64,000 nt of DNA from the IMG/VR virus record IMGVR_UViG_3300020220_003261. One strand, 5' to 3'. Positions within the stretch are counted from its first letter, which is position 1. Each line of letters starts with the position of its first letter. Shown one piece after another: positions 38,522 to 48,358 of the stretch. The notes under the pieces were generated by a model. It was not told where the DNA came from. It ran no database searches and saw nothing but the letters and a program-made list of their open reading frames with translations. The translations under genes were made by a program, and so were the position numbers. Source of the stretch: a virus.

Positions 38522-39244
38522 ATGAAAATTGGAGTCACAGGTTGTTCACATTCAAGTTATATTTGGGGTAATCCTTGGCATTTTTACTTATCCGAAGAAT
38601 TTAAAGCAGAAGTTATTTATACATGTTCACCTGGTGCAGGTAACGAAATGAATTTCGAAAAAATGAAATATACGATAGAAACATATAATGTGGATTATTT
38701 TATATTTCAAATATCTGATCCCTCAAGGTTGGTTATGGGTATTAATAATTGGGTAAATGAACATGAAATTAACAGAAACCAAATGATACCAAACCTGAGT
38801 ATAAATGAACAGATGAGACATGGTCAAATTTTTAGAGACTTATATTTTTATACTTTTAATGCACATAAAAACGAAAAAAACTTAGAAAAAATATTTGAGA
38901 AGAAACTACCCGTGGATGATTTTATGATTAATCATGTCATGACATCAACATATAACATTGAATATAAAGTGTTCATGACTATGTGTGCAACAAAGTTTAT
39001 CTGTGATTTTTATGGTATTCCTCTAATATTTTTTAGTTGGTTTACGGATATAAACGAACTATCAAAAAAAGTAGGATATAATAACATTTTAGAAAAAATG
39101 AATATAGTTCCTGGTTGTGTTATTGACTTTATAAATGAGAACAAAATAGAAGCAATACCGAACGATGGACACTACGATGGTGATTCTCATCTTAAAATTT
39201 ATCGAGAATATCTTAGTCCATATATTAAAACAATTATAAAATAA
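38522..39244 (+). CDS. SGNH/GDSL-like fold protein
   Basis: GVTGCSHS, PGAGNE, DGHYD; start moved to ATG 38522. Confidence 0.5.
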   Translation: MKIGVTGCSHSSYIWGNPWHFYLSEEFKAEVIYTCSPGAGNEMNFEKMKYTIETYNVDYFIFQISDPSRLVMGINNWVNEHEINRNQMIPNLSINEQMRHGQIFRDLYFYTFNAHKNEKNLEKIFEKKLPVDDFMINHVMTSTYNIEYKVFMTMCATKFICDFYGIPLIFFSWFTDINELSKKVGYNNILEKMNIVPGCVIDFINENKIEAIPNDGHYDGDSHLKIYREYLSPYIKTIIK

Positions 39245-39302
39245 TAGATCTGAAAAATACACTAAAATTTTTAAACAAAGAGAAGAAATAACAAATTAGT
39301 AG

Positions 39303-39310
39303 TATTTATA
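39303..39310 (+). promoter_or_regulatory. TATTTATA motif upstream of the stand-alone Hint gene
   Basis: 13 nt before ATG 39324. Confidence 0.4.
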
Positions 39311-39323
39311 TTAAAACAAATAT

Positions 39324-39746
39324 ATGGCTTGCACATTTCTAAGGGGTAGTAACGTATTTTACGATGGATTAGCGTCTATTGTTATAGAAGATTTTCATAA
39401 TGGTCAAGGCCTTTTAAGTTATGATTTCGAAATTGCAGAATCTGTTAACGGAACTGTCTTTGAAAATGAAGAAATTACTATAGATTCTTACCTTAAAATA
39501 ACTTGTGAAGACGGAGCTGTTTTAAAAACTGTTGATAATCAAAAATTTTACGTAAACGAATCTTGGATTCAAGCTAAAAACTTAGAGATTGGTAATGAAC
39601 TAACCAAGTTTAAAGAAAATGAAATGTTGGAGAAAGTTGTTATTACTGATATTGAGGTGGTAAATGAGTCTGCAACCGCATTTATTTTCAATGAAATTTT
39701 AGATAAACATATTTTATTCGTTGAAAGAATAATGGTTCATGACTAA
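39324..39746 (+). CDS. Stand-alone Hint-domain protein (degenerate)
   Basis: MAC-TFLRGSNV, IED..LLSYD, ITCEDG..LKT, WIQAKNLEIGNEL, ends IMVHD-stop. Confidence 0.65.
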   Translation: MACTFLRGSNVFYDGLASIVIEDFHNGQGLLSYDFEIAESVNGTVFENEEITIDSYLKITCEDGAVLKTVDNQKFYVNESWIQAKNLEIGNELTKFKENEMLEKVVITDIEVVNESATAFIFNEILDKHILFVERIMVHD

Positions 39747-40108
39747 ATAATAGGATTCTCAGGACTTCCTAAATATAGATTTACTCTGTCCCCAACTTTA
39801 AATTTTGAACAGGTTCCTCCTTTAAATTCAATAACATGGTCTCCTATTCCTGTATATCTAAGTGGGTTTAGTTGATGTTTGTCGGCTGGGGGACAATTGT
39901 GGTGAATTCTTGATATTCTGTTATTGTTAACAAAGACAATATCCAATGGGATTAGACAATTCTTCATCCAAAATGAATGATGACCTTTACCGATTTTGAA
40001 TACCATACATCCATTTAATTCTTTTCTACCCATCATACCACGTCGGATATCATCAGGGTTAGTTAAGTATTCGGCCTCAAATGTTTTGTTGTTAATGTGT
40101 ACAGACAT
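39743..40108 (-). CDS. DUF192 family protein
   Basis: RRGMMGR, FWMKNCLIPLDIVF, VIEF. Confidence 0.85.
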   Translation of the reverse strand: MSVHINNKTFEAEYLTNPDDIRRGMMGRKELNGCMVFKIGKGHHSFWMKNCLIPLDIVFVNNNRISRIHHNCPPADKHQLNPLRYTGIGDHVIEFKGGTCSKFKVGDRVNLYLGSPENPII

Positions 40109-40155
40109 ATCTATAATTATTTTGTATTGCCAAATAAATTTAATATATTCGAGTT

Positions 40156-40365
40156 ATGGAAAATATATTTGGTGGATTAATTGAATTTCCTTCAGAAAAA
40201 GAGTTCGATGAATTTCTTAGTAAAATGGACAAAGAAACAGCACTATCTGTGGTAGAAAAGGCTATAGAATTTGCGTATCAAAATAATACATTTTCTGTTC
40301 AGGAAACATATTTTATATATAAATCCTTGAAAATATTGAAAGATAAAAATTTGAATAATGAGTAA
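40156..40365 (+). CDS. Hypothetical protein
   Basis: ORF overlapping the next start. Confidence 0.6.
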   Translation: MENIFGGLIEFPSEKEFDEFLSKMDKETALSVVEKAIEFAYQNNTFSVQETYFIYKSLKILKDKNLNNE

Positions 40366-41455
40366 AATTGCTGTTTTAGGTGCTGGATTGGTCGGAAGAA
40401 CAATTGCGGTCGATTTAAGTAGAAGTGATCATAATGTTGTAAGTTATGATATGGATAAAAATAATCTGAATCTACTATCAAACTATACTGACATAGAAAA
40501 AAAACAAGTTGATTTGACAATGTTCAATTACGAAACACAACTTATTGATTTTGATTTGGTTGTGTCGGCGGTACCTGGTCGTGTTGGTTATAGAGTTTTG
40601 AAAGATATAATTTGTTGGGCAAAAAAAGATTGTGTCGATATATCATTCTTTATTGAAGACTATAGACCACTCGATGCTTTAGCAAAAGAAAATAATTTGC
40701 GTGTCGTAATCGACTGTGGTATTGCACCAGGTATGAGTAATATAATTTTAGGTCGGGAGTCCGAAAATATGTTAGTAAAAAATTATAAGTTCAGCGTCGG
40801 AGGGTTACCCCAAGAGAGAGTTTTACCGTTTGAATATAAAGCCCCATATTCACCATCAGATGTTATTGAATTTTATACTAGACCAGTAAGAAAAAGAATT
40901 AATGGTGTTGATGTAATCGAGGAACCATTATCTGATATTGAAAATTTGTATGTAGAAAATGTTGGAACTTTGGAAGCATTTGAAACCGATGGACTAAGAA
41001 CACTTCTCACATCATTTCCTGAGATTCAAAATATGACAGAAAAAACCATCAGATATCCAGGTTATGCCGATAAAATTAATCTTTTGAAAGATATGGGTTT
41101 CTTTAAAAAAGAAAATTTAAATAACACCGTACAAGTATTGATAAACGAGTGGAAAATGAAACCGAGTGATAAAGATTTAACTGTTATGATAGCCGATATC
41201 AATGGTATCGATTTGTTAGGTAATAAAATTCATTTACAATATTCATTAGTTGATAAACATGACGGTGAATTCAGCTCAATGTCAAGGTGCACCGCTTTCA
41301 CTTGTACTGCAGTTGTTGATTTGATTTTGAATAAAAATATAAATGAATTTGGTGTTTACCCACCAGAAATAATTGCAAAAGATAATAATTGTTTTGATGA
41401 AATTTTGAATCATTTAAAAAATAGAAACGTATTATGGCAAAAAAAGTATATCTAA
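40358..41455 (+). CDS. Saccharopine dehydrogenase / lysine dehydrogenase family oxidoreductase
   Basis: VLGAGLVG, VSAVPG, DCGIAPGMSN, VGGLP, TDGLRTL, KTIRYPG, MSRCT. Confidence 0.88.
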   Translation: MSKIAVLGAGLVGRTIAVDLSRSDHNVVSYDMDKNNLNLLSNYTDIEKKQVDLTMFNYETQLIDFDLVVSAVPGRVGYRVLKDIICWAKKDCVDISFFIEDYRPLDALAKENNLRVVIDCGIAPGMSNIILGRESENMLVKNYKFSVGGLPQERVLPFEYKAPYSPSDVIEFYTRPVRKRINGVDVIEEPLSDIENLYVENVGTLEAFETDGLRTLLTSFPEIQNMTEKTIRYPGYADKINLLKDMGFFKKENLNNTVQVLINEWKMKPSDKDLTVMIADINGIDLLGNKIHLQYSLVDKHDGEFSSMSRCTAFTCTAVVDLILNKNINEFGVYPPEIIAKDNNCFDEILNHLKNRNVLWQKKYI

Positions 41456-41628
41456 AAGATTTTTTTGTTTATAAAAAAAAACATCATTGGTTTATTTTTC
41501 CCGCAATAATATTTTACTATGACAAATATTCATATTATGACGATGGGAAAATGTCGCCTTCATGGGGTTTTACTATTAGATGGTTAACATTTATGATTGG
41601 ATTTCAAATACAGAAAATACATGAATAA
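41434..41628 (+). CDS. Hypothetical protein
   Basis: ORF track; overlaps its neighbours. Confidence 0.5.
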   Translation: MAKKVYLKDFFVYKKKHHWFIFPAIIFYYDKYSYYDDGKMSPSWGFTIRWLTFMIGFQIQKIHE

Positions 41629-41776
41629 TATAGACAGACAATCAGTTGAAAAATGTGTTGAGGAATCTTATAATTTAGGTGTTAACGATGTGTTGAGTTG
41701 GTTATCTAAAATAGATTATCTTTCCGATAACTTAGGATACATTATAGAGGAATGGAACAATAAACATTTGTTATGA
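41621..41776 (+). CDS. Small hypothetical protein, 51 aa (MNNIDRQSVEKC..); not in ORF track
   Basis: Fills the gap with coupled overlaps. Confidence 0.55.
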   Translation: MNNIDRQSVEKCVEESYNLGVNDVLSWLSKIDYLSDNLGYIIEEWNNKHLL

Positions 41777-41940
41777 CAAACGAAGAAATTATAGATGAGC
41801 TGATGCACCAGGCTTATGAGTTAAAAATTCGTGATCAGGTATTAGATCTTTCAAGGCTTTTGAGAGAAAAAAATAATAAAATGACGATGTTAGAATCACT
41901 CGAATTAGCAATGAGTCACATAAAATCTAGCTATGAATAA
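41773..41940 (+). CDS. Small hypothetical protein, 55 aa (MTNEEIIDELMHQAYE..); not in ORF track
   Basis: ATGA overlap with the previous ORF; overlaps the thyA start. Confidence 0.6.
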   Translation: MTNEEIIDELMHQAYELKIRDQVLDLSRLLREKNNKMTMLESLELAMSHIKSSYE

Positions 41941-43045
41941 TTTAGATTCAAGTTATCAAGCCTTATTGGAAGATATTCTAAATACAGGTGTGGAAAAAAA
42001 GGATAGAACAGGAACAGGTACCATATCAGTTTTTGGTAGACAAATTCGTCACAAGATGTCTGAAGGATTTCCTATTTTAACAACAAAGAAAATGGCTTGG
42101 AAAACTGTGGTTGCAGAACTTTTATGGTTTCTTCGTGGAGACACTAACATAAAATTCTTATTGGATTATGATTGCCACATATGGGATGGAGACGCTTATA
42201 AAAACTGGGTATTAAAAAATTCAGAACCTGACCCATATTGGTTGACACAAGAAGAATTCATCAACAAAATTAAAACAGATGATAAGTTTGAAAAAAAATG
42301 GGGTAAATTAGGACCAATTTATGGTGAACAATGGAGAAATTGGAAACAATATAAATGGGATAAAGTCGATATGGATACTCGTATTGAATATGTTGACCAA
42401 ATCGCAAACCTAATCAACACCCTAAAAACAAATCCCGATAGTAGAAGATTGATGGTTAGTGCTTGGAATGTGGGTGAGTTAGACCAAATGGTTCTTCCAC
42501 CTTGTCATTATGGATTTCAAGTTTATACAAGAGAATTGAGTGGCAAGGAGAGATGGAAACTATTGGAACAAAAAATGGGTACAGAAAAATTCAAATCTAC
42601 AGTCGATGATTTAATACCATTCGGTGGTGGGTTGAGTGAAGAATTGCAATTATACAATATACCAAAACGAACAATCTCTTTAATGTGGAATCAACGTTCA
42701 GTAGATACATTTTTAGGATTACCATTTAATATTGCTTCATACGCATTATTACTTGAAATAATTGCTAAGGAAGTGAACATGTTACCTGATGAACTTATTG
42801 GTAATTTAGGAGATACTCATCTCTATATCAACCATATTGAGCAAGCAAAAGAACAAATTGGAAGAACTCCATTTGAATTACCTACTGTTCAAATTACCGA
42901 GCGTAATTGGTACATGCACGAGGCAGTTAAAGAACATTTGGGAGAAAAAACATTTGAACAAAAAATAATGAGTTATAGACCGGATTGTTTTGTACTAATT
43001 GATTATCAATCACATCCGTCAATTAAAGCTCCCTTAAGTAATTAA
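41933..43045 (+). CDS. thyA: Thymidylate synthase (dUMP type) with insertions
   Basis: DRTGTGT, ELLWFL, LGPIYG.QWR, SRRLMVSAWN, LPPCH, QRSVDTFLGLPFNIASY, GDTHLY.NH. Confidence 0.97.
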   Translation: MNNLDSSYQALLEDILNTGVEKKDRTGTGTISVFGRQIRHKMSEGFPILTTKKMAWKTVVAELLWFLRGDTNIKFLLDYDCHIWDGDAYKNWVLKNSEPDPYWLTQEEFINKIKTDDKFEKKWGKLGPIYGEQWRNWKQYKWDKVDMDTRIEYVDQIANLINTLKTNPDSRRLMVSAWNVGELDQMVLPPCHYGFQVYTRELSGKERWKLLEQKMGTEKFKSTVDDLIPFGGGLSEELQLYNIPKRTISLMWNQRSVDTFLGLPFNIASYALLLEIIAKEVNMLPDELIGNLGDTHLYINHIEQAKEQIGRTPFELPTVQITERNWYMHEAVKEHLGEKTFEQKIMSYRPDCFVLIDYQSHPSIKAPLSN

Positions 43046-43173
43046 CGACCTTGTCCTCTATAATTTTTTTCGGATTTGTCATTCTTATTTCTTGATTTAT
43101 AGGCCTTTCCACCTTTTCTTTTACCAAAAGAAACCTTTCTTGACTCACCCTTAGTTGATTTTCCTTTCGCCAT
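43042..43173 (-). CDS. Small highly basic protein, 43 aa (MAKGKSTKG..KNYRGQGR); not in ORF track
   Basis: Convergent TTAA overlap with thyA; minus-strand TATTTATA at 43186-43193. Confidence 0.7.
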   Translation of the reverse strand: MAKGKSTKGESRKVSFGKRKGGKAYKSRNKNDKSEKNYRGQGR

Positions 43174-43215
43174 AAAAATATTTTATATAAATAAGTATAT
43201 CTTAAATTATTTTCT

Positions 43216-43223
43216 TATATTTG
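43216..43223 (+). promoter_or_regulatory. Bacteroidota-type -7 promoter element TAnnTTTG (TATATTTG)
   Basis: Upstream of the PcfJ-like gene; matches the established Bacteroidota sigma-A consensus. Confidence 0.5.
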
Positions 43224-43243
43224 ACTTTTAAATGTTTAATTAT

Positions 43244-45103
43244 ATGGAGATTATATTATCTCAAAGGTTTAATTATTCAATAATAGAGTCATATAAAGAT
43301 CATTCACTATTATCTGACAGAGAAAAGCCGACCCCTTTTCAGGTGGACGAGAGTACTATAGTCATCCCAGCTACAATGGAAAAGCTTTTGGCATACTACA
43401 AAGACAATAACCAGGATGTTTTTTCAATAAAAAAATTACCCGTTTTAAACTATCATTTACCCCCAAGTAATAAAAAACACATTTATTATTTTAGCGGAGA
43501 AAAATTAAATAGATCGGAAAATGATAGTGTAAATTTTGTAAATGAAAACACATTTAACCACGAAATTTATACGACCGATGATGATTTAATTAAAAAACAT
43601 TACGGTAGACCCTTTAGTTCTATTACAACAATATTAATCGAAAGGTCAATTGTTAAAAGGGGTGATAAGGTCACATTAAAACTATATAAAAATATAAAAT
43701 CAAGAAAGTTTAATTGTAAACATTTTAGAAAAATGTTTTCAGTTATATCTTTAACTATAAACACAAACACGGGAAATTTTACAATAGGTAATATCACTAA
43801 AAACGGCAAAATTACGAAAAAATCTTTCAGAGTAAATAACTTTAGTAAGTTAGGAACAGACTTTTTTAATAAAATTTTACACCCGAACATAATAAAAACA
43901 AAAATCAACGAAAGTGTTTTTGATGAATATATAAAAATTTTAAATAATACAGAATTAATTAATTCAGTGTTAGAATTATTTGAATCACAAAAAAAATTAG
44001 TGTCAAACAGTAAAAATTATTCAACGGAATTGTTTAGAGAATTTTTACGATATTTTATTCAAAAGAAAAAAATTAAAATACCTAACGGAGATTGGATTTT
44101 TTGGATTAACAATTTTTATCCTACTGAAAAGTTTCTGAAAAAAAATGATAGAAAACTTCTATCTTCAATTTTAGATATGTTTGAAATAAAATCAAAGATT
44201 ACCATAAAAATATTGCATGAAAATCCTAATATAGATCTGTTTGGACTTTATATTATATGTAATCTTTTTGGTAAAAATTACACAAATTACATTGGGAATA
44301 TTGATAAAAAAATATTAGAAAATTCAACAAGACTTGATAAAGAACCTACAAATACAAAAACATTTATTATTAATTTTCAATATTCAAAATATAAGTTATC
44401 AGAGATTGAGAAAGATAATCTTTTGAAAATTATAAATTCAACTGGTATAGGTGAAAAAACTTTTATAACAACCGATTTAGTAAATACAATAAATGATCAC
44501 TTTAATATGTTAAATAAGATAAGAGAATATGATACTAGTGTTTACATGAGAGCTAAAAATTCTGTGGAATTTCATGAGGAGCATAGAGAGCTTTCTAAGT
44601 TAGTATCTGCTATAATAAAGGGTTGGGTTGTAACATATGAATACCATCAAAAGACCTTAGATGATATTGAAAAAACTATTGAGAGTCACTATTTTTCTTA
44701 TGAAACTGAAGAAAGGTCTAAGATGGTATTGATATATCCACATATATTAAAAAGAGAGGAGGAGTACAACGAAGAAGGTTTATTCATGCATCATTGTGTG
44801 GCATCTTATACTGACAAAGACAAATCAATTATTGTATCATTAAGAACCGAAGATCAATTAGATAGAGTTACATGTGAGTTTGATATTCAAACTGGTGAGT
44901 GTCTTCAATCGAGACATTTTTGTAACGGAAAACCACCTGAAAAATTTGATCAGGCAATTTTTGTGTTAAAACAAAGAATAAAAAGAAATGCAAATTGGGG
45001 GACGTTAATTTGGAAAGAAAAGAAAAAAGTTCCAGTTATAATAAACGGAAAAGAAGTTAGTCCTCAAACAAATCTTCCTTTACCTGACGAGATTCTATTT
45101 TAA
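43244..45103 (+). CDS. PcfJ-like domain protein
   Basis: C-terminal EEGLFMHHCVASY..IIVSLR..RVTCEF..QSRHFCN. Confidence 0.7.
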   Translation: MEIILSQRFNYSIIESYKDHSLLSDREKPTPFQVDESTIVIPATMEKLLAYYKDNNQDVFSIKKLPVLNYHLPPSNKKHIYYFSGEKLNRSENDSVNFVNENTFNHEIYTTDDDLIKKHYGRPFSSITTILIERSIVKRGDKVTLKLYKNIKSRKFNCKHFRKMFSVISLTINTNTGNFTIGNITKNGKITKKSFRVNNFSKLGTDFFNKILHPNIIKTKINESVFDEYIKILNNTELINSVLELFESQKKLVSNSKNYSTELFREFLRYFIQKKKIKIPNGDWIFWINNFYPTEKFLKKNDRKLLSSILDMFEIKSKITIKILHENPNIDLFGLYIICNLFGKNYTNYIGNIDKKILENSTRLDKEPTNTKTFIINFQYSKYKLSEIEKDNLLKIINSTGIGEKTFITTDLVNTINDHFNMLNKIREYDTSVYMRAKNSVEFHEEHRELSKLVSAIIKGWVVTYEYHQKTLDDIEKTIESHYFSYETEERSKMVLIYPHILKREEEYNEEGLFMHHCVASYTDKDKSIIVSLRTEDQLDRVTCEFDIQTGECLQSRHFCNGKPPEKFDQAIFVLKQRIKRNANWGTLIWKEKKKVPVIINGKEVSPQTNLPLPDEILF

Positions 45104-45139
45104 CTTCACAAATAGAAACCATCTATATATATTTTATGG

Positions 45140-46534
45140 ATGGATCTTATATTTTTTCATTATCAAATAAAAAAGGATAGAAAAAGTCCTGCAGAATCTA
45201 TTTGTAATTTAGAATTATATAAAAATGAAATTACAATAGAGTTTAAATCAAGTTTCAATTTAAATTATAATCGTTATGGAAAAAAGAAACACGTAGTATT
45301 TGAACACGGCTTTATTTTATGTTTAAACAGCGGAGATATTACCACAAGTTATAGAATCATAAACGACAATTTAACAGATGACAAAATGTTTAAAAATTGT
45401 TACATTCGAAAGAAAAACAATTTTAAAAACCTTTTTGAATTAACTGAAAGTGGTTTTATAAGAGGAGAAAAAAGGTTAAAATTTTGGGGAGTCAAGTATG
45501 ATAGACAAACTAAACAAATGATAACATTATTAAAAAATATATTATATAAAAATTTTAATAATAATTTCAATATTGAAAAAGATTGGGACAATAAATTTGT
45601 TATAAATCCATTGTTTGATTTACTCGTTGACTATCATTTAGATAAGAAATCAATTAAAGGACATGATAATGTTTACTTTGATATTCAAAATGATTATCCT
45701 AAAAAAAGATACTTGGGAAAAAATGATAATAAATTTCTACCTGCGGTTCTTGATTCATATGGAATCAAATCAAAATATTTAATATCTGAGTTAAATAAAC
45801 AAATTGGAAAACACATTAATATATCCACATTAAACTATTTCTGCAAACTTTTTGGTGAAAATTTTGTAGACTACATCAGACAAATACCATGGTCAAATCA
45901 TTGTTATGACTTACCACCCACAAAAAAAACCCACGAATTAAAAAATGAAGCTGAAAAAAAATGTTTAGTTGATATTTTTAATAAATGGGAAAAAGAAACA
46001 TTAAAATCTGATTCTTTAATATACAATCTACATAAATTATTTTCGTTAAGAAAACTAATAGAAGAAAAAGGAGTGAAATTAAAATTTAAAGCTAAAAATG
46101 ATCATGAATTTGAATCTATTATGGACATTTGGTCAAGTATTAAATTACATTTTGCTAGAGGATTCAAAGTAAAATATGATTTTAGTAATGAATTTATTAA
46201 TGAGATAGAAGAAAAAATCAAAGTGGATGATGAAATATACAATCCAAAAATTTTAATTTCTGAAGAGGATTTTAGGGTGGAAGGGTTTTTAATGAAAAAC
46301 TGTATGTCAAAACAATTTCCTCACGGTGCTTTGTATATTTACATATCTTTGTCAAACAATAATAGAAGAATTAATTTACAATATAGAAAAGGTAATCTTG
46401 TTCAATCATTTGGAAAAGCTAATACTCCAGTAAATGAATATTTTTTTGATGCAATCGAAGTTCTCAATAATAGAATGAAAAAATACAAAGACATGGAATG
46501 GAAAAAAGAAAAATATGATTTCTTAATGAATTGA
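45140..46534 (+). CDS. PcfJ-like domain protein (paralogue)
   Basis: EGFLMKNCMS..IYISL..RINLQY..QSFGKAN. Confidence 0.6.
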   Translation: MDLIFFHYQIKKDRKSPAESICNLELYKNEITIEFKSSFNLNYNRYGKKKHVVFEHGFILCLNSGDITTSYRIINDNLTDDKMFKNCYIRKKNNFKNLFELTESGFIRGEKRLKFWGVKYDRQTKQMITLLKNILYKNFNNNFNIEKDWDNKFVINPLFDLLVDYHLDKKSIKGHDNVYFDIQNDYPKKRYLGKNDNKFLPAVLDSYGIKSKYLISELNKQIGKHINISTLNYFCKLFGENFVDYIRQIPWSNHCYDLPPTKKTHELKNEAEKKCLVDIFNKWEKETLKSDSLIYNLHKLFSLRKLIEEKGVKLKFKAKNDHEFESIMDIWSSIKLHFARGFKVKYDFSNEFINEIEEKIKVDDEIYNPKILISEEDFRVEGFLMKNCMSKQFPHGALYIYISLSNNNRRINLQYRKGNLVQSFGKANTPVNEYFFDAIEVLNNRMKKYKDMEWKKEKYDFLMN

Positions 46535-46617
46535 AAATTAATTAGTTATAAAAATATTAGTAAAATGCTTTTGTATTTTCGAAAAAATATGATAAATTTA
46601 TTATCAATATTCTGTAT

Positions 46618-46899
46618 ATGATAGTCAATAAAAGACCACATTTGTTCAAAATGGTTGATATTTTATATGATCATCATTATGAAATAGCTACATCATTATA
46701 TCCAAAAGGAACCCCAACAATGATTGACAGGACAATAAATAAAATAGCGTGTCTTGCGTCAATAGAACATTGTGATAGACAGATTGTTAGTTTAAAAGAA
46801 AATAAAAAGAAAACCCAATTTAATGCTGATAGATTTTCAGATGATTTAGTATATTGGATTGCGGTAAAAGAAATTTTGAAAAATAAAATGATAAATTAA
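46618..46899 (+). CDS. Hypothetical protein
   Basis: ORF track. Confidence 0.55.
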   Translation: MIVNKRPHLFKMVDILYDHHYEIATSLYPKGTPTMIDRTINKIACLASIEHCDRQIVSLKENKKKTQFNADRFSDDLVYWIAVKEILKNKMIN

Positions 46900-46904
46900 A
46901 AATT

Positions 46905-47069
46905 ATGCAACCAAAAGAAAGTAAATCAAAAAGTCACTTTCGCATATCTCTTGTTAAAAGTGGATTTAGGTTTGGTGCTTGTTACGGGTTGTTTGTGAGT
47001 GATCTTTACACAGCAGCTACATTTTTAGCACTTGCAGAAATATTAGGAATTGCCGAAGAAATATTTTAA
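46905..47069 (+). CDS. Small membrane protein, 54 aa (MQPKESKSKSHFRISLVKS..AEILGIAEEIF); not in ORF track
   Basis: Hand-translated; hydrophobic core. Confidence 0.65.
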   Translation: MQPKESKSKSHFRISLVKSGFRFGACYGLFVSDLYTAATFLALAEILGIAEEIF

Positions 47070-47080
47070 AACTAAACAAT

Positions 47081-47347
47081 ATGAAAACATTTAAAGATTT
47101 ATCGTTTGAAGAATTTAAAAATGAAGTTATTGGTGGCAAAAAAACCCGTATTAATTTTGAAAATGGGTGGGGTGCATCTGTTGTTAGTCATAATTCTTCA
47201 TATGGTGGTGCCGAAGGACTATATGAACTTGCAGTATTATTTGAAAATGAGATACATTATGACAACCCTGTAGCCGGTGGAGACGTAAAAGGTTACTTAA
47301 CAGAGGAGGATGTCACCAATTTATTAACTCAAATACAAAATCTTTGA
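47081..47347 (+). CDS. Hypothetical phage protein
   Basis: FENGWGASVV..SYGG..GLYELAVL. Confidence 0.7.
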   Translation: MKTFKDLSFEEFKNEVIGGKKTRINFENGWGASVVSHNSSYGGAEGLYELAVLFENEIHYDNPVAGGDVKGYLTEEDVTNLLTQIQNL

Positions 47348-47616
47348 AAAAGATATTAGAAATATTACAAGACACAAGGTTTTATTTTGTTACAATTTCA
47401 TTAACATGTTTAGTGTTAATTGTCAAGTACAACAATCTAAAAGAAAATCATTTAGAAATTATAGAGGAGAATCTAGAGTCGAAAGGCACTGTTGATAGTT
47501 TACAAAGTGAAATGTTTGTAAAAGAAATTGAATTGGGTTCTTATCAAGTTATGTGGGAAATATTGGAAGAAGTTAATAGACCCCTAGCAGATTCAATTAA
47601 CAACCAAGTTGAATAA
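47344..47616 (+). CDS. Membrane-anchored coiled-coil protein
   Basis: N-terminal hydrophobic stretch FYFVTISLTCLVLIV. Confidence 0.55.
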   Translation: MKKILEILQDTRFYFVTISLTCLVLIVKYNNLKENHLEIIEENLESKGTVDSLQSEMFVKEIELGSYQVMWEILEEVNRPLADSINNQVE

Positions 47617-47917
47617 AATGAATAACGATTATATAATTGGGTCAAAATATCTTACAATAAAAACTAGTACGATAGTAAAACTATCAGAAACGTTTGTTGT
47701 TGAAACTTTAGAAGGACCGGTATCATTAGATGTTGAAATAGTTGCAGATCTTCGTGAGGTGCCTGAAAGATACCATGAAGTTTTTTTAAATGTTTTGACG
47801 TCAAAATATACCAATAGGGTTTCATTTGGTGATAATCCATTCTCTGAATGTAAACCAATCGTGAAAAGAAAATGGTGGCAGTTTTGGAAATCAAAATATT
47901 TTATGAAAAATCTTTAA
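47609..47917 (+). CDS. Hypothetical protein
   Basis: ORF track; C-terminal KRKWWQFWK. Confidence 0.6.
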   Translation: MNKMNNDYIIGSKYLTIKTSTIVKLSETFVVETLEGPVSLDVEIVADLREVPERYHEVFLNVLTSKYTNRVSFGDNPFSECKPIVKRKWWQFWKSKYFMKNL

Positions 47918-47919
47918 TT

Positions 47920-48126
47920 ATGATATACATTGGGATAGGATTTATTGTAACTGCAATTTGGATTGCATTTGAAATCTGGAGAGCCCCTATAATGGAGGAA
48001 ACAGATTCCGGAAAACTAATAACGAAGAGACCAACAAAAAAAATATCAGATTTATTCAAAAAGAAACAAAAATCTGGAACATTTTCTTATTTAGAGAAAT
48101 ACAAACGAGGTAAAAGTAAATATTAA
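47920..48126 (+). CDS. Small membrane protein
   Basis: MIYIGIGFIVTAIWIAFEIW; start moved to ATG 47920. Confidence 0.55.
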   Translation: MIYIGIGFIVTAIWIAFEIWRAPIMEETDSGKLITKRPTKKISDLFKKKQKSGTFSYLEKYKRGKSKY

Positions 48127-48172
48127 AACATGCCAAAAGCAATTTTAGAATTAAATTTAAATATTTATAATC

Positions 48173-48358
48173 ATGATAGAATTTTTTAAGAAGAATCAAA
48201 AAAACGTAACAATGGGAGCGGCGATTGCTTTGTTACTCGTTTGTTATTTTCAACAGAAAGAATTGTCTAAACTTAGAAAAGAGACACAAACATTCCGAGA
48301 AATAAAAACGAATCAAAAAACTATTGATTCGTTGTTGAATCAAACTGAGGTAAAATGA
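48173..48358 (+). CDS. Small membrane-anchored protein
   Basis: Hydrophobic MGAAIALLLVCYF followed by a coil. Confidence 0.55.
   Translation: MIEFFKKNQKNVTMGAAIALLLVCYFQQKELSKLRKETQTFREIKTNQKTIDSLLNQTEVK

Noticed and set aside
41933-43045. dCMP hydroxymethylase for DNA hypermodification
   Set aside because: It keeps the dUMP-specifying Asn (GLPFNIASY) and other canonical ThyA motifs.
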